In this document: one piece after another, positions 62,712-64,000 of the stretch
How positions within the stretch are numbered: position 1 is the first letter of the stretch
Layout: every line of letters begins with the position of its first letter
Assembly (NCBI RefSeq): GCF_000150275.1
Contig: NW_002060952.1
Location: 2,289,128 to 2,353,127 of the forward strand
DNA from: Trichoplax adhaerens
Taxonomy: Eukaryota; Animalia; Placozoa
DNA: 64,000 bases
Direction of reading: 5' to 3'
Made by a program: the position numbers and the translations under genes
Notes under the pieces: generated by a model
The model's input: the letters and a program-made list of their open reading frames with translations, nothing else
Told to the model about the DNA's origin: nothing
The model's database searches: none

Positions 62712-64000
62712 CTATCTGATGTAAATGGAAAGTATAATCCAAAGGAGTCTCATCATCAGATTATTGGCCGGCAGTGTGATAGAAATAACCTGATCAACAA
62801 ACATGTTACTACCTTACAAATGTTGCTTAAACATCACTACAATTATTTAAGATGGACTTCAATTGGAAAAATGTAAGTTTATGACATAAAGTAAGAATTT
62901 CTTCTAGTTACGAAATAAAATCTTTTCTAATCACCGTTATTCTCACAGTTTGATTACATTCGAATAATCGTTTCATCACTTTTTTCTCTAATAATTGCAG
63001 CAGTAAATTTTCGATTAAAGTCATCATTCTCTGATGAAATTTTCTAGAGTTTAGAGCTAGAGAAATGCGAGAATATAACTTTATGTTTTTGATTTATAAG
63101 ACTGGGCTAGTCATTTCTAATTGGCATTTAATATGAGTGCTAAATTACATCAATCGCTATAAAGGACTATTTCTCTTGTACTACTATCGTTACTGAGTCT
63201 AGATTTATTTACATTTTATCATCATTCATCATTCCAATAATTATAATTGTTATATAAAATTATGCCTAAAATCGTTCTAAGTTAGTCTTGACCGCTATGA
63301 TTATATTTTACATGTTTTTCTTAATCTTTCATGGGCAACTTTGATGCTTGTAGTAGATCTATTTCTACACTTATAGTCAAGCCTAATGTTGCTAGGAAAT
63401 ATTTAAATGTAAAAGTTGAATTTAATAGAACCAAGAAGCATGTTGTAATGATCTTAGTCATAGCATAAGTTACTCGTAGTTAACGATAACTAATTTCACA
63501 AAATCAGAATAAATTTTGGTATCATGGAACTTATATTATTCCCATTTAGTCGGAAGAATTACAAAAAGTATCGTGCTAAGTTGATCCAATTGATTCCATA
63601 ATTAGATCTACAATTTGTTTCTTGTCCATGTCAGACTGTCGATAAAACCTTTAGCCTCGACTAAAAGTATTTATGTCAATAAACTTTGGCCATAAAGTAT
63701 GCCTGACGATTTTCGGATATTTCAGCTATGAAAAATTTGAAGCAAATTATTTCTAGTCCAGTCCTTCTCATCTATAAAACAAACGTAGCAATAAAACTAT
63801 ATTCATCTGTTCATCCATTCATGACAACGAATCAATATTCAGATCATTCGCGATTGATAAACGTGTAAAAATTTATTTCATATCCTAAAGTTCCATTCTT
63901 GTTTGAACTCTTTATTGCTTGACAGGAAAACTGGTAAAAATTTTAACAAGTTTAAAAGTTCCTTCACGAACATAAAAGTTATCTCACGCTTTTCTTTTTA

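Noticed and set aside
62517-62876. 119-aa plus-strand ORF
   Set aside because: TTG start, no recognisable domain and no supporting exon chain.

Overview
AT-rich, compact, intron-dense eukaryotic genomic DNA with animal-type genes. A placozoan such as Trichoplax is my inference from composition and gene architecture and is not proven. Six spliced or single-exon genes were reconstructed by hand: the 3' part of a SNX7/SNX30-type SNX-BAR gene (+, to 1617); CCDC24 (-, 6994-3459); FCHO1/2 muniscin (+, 10401-20411), which contains a U12-type AT-AC intron and a GC-AG intron; ZNF367 with an intronless CDS (-, 25004-23751); SERBP1/HABP4 (+, 32031-34603); and SLC4A11/BTR1-type transporter (+, ~46099-53410, 5' end unresolved). 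There is a possible tail of another minus-strand gene near 59.5-62.7 kb. Most short six-frame ORFs are exon fragments or noise. The most unusual region is the 3.4 kb between the head-to-head CCDC24 and FCHO genes. It holds a 5+1-copy 120-bp array in which every unit is a ~70-nt hairpin bounded by GT...AG (mirtron-like or repeated-intron architecture), a GC-rich 148-bp array and a perfect 24-bp palindrome. Other points of interest are G-U-rich stem-loops in SERBP1 introns 1-3, apparent deep ZNF367-HABP4 microsynteny, and clusters of the TACTGTAC/GTACAGTA motif in the ZNF367-SERBP1 divergent region. No tRNA, rRNA, CRISPR array or intact transposon ORF was recognised.
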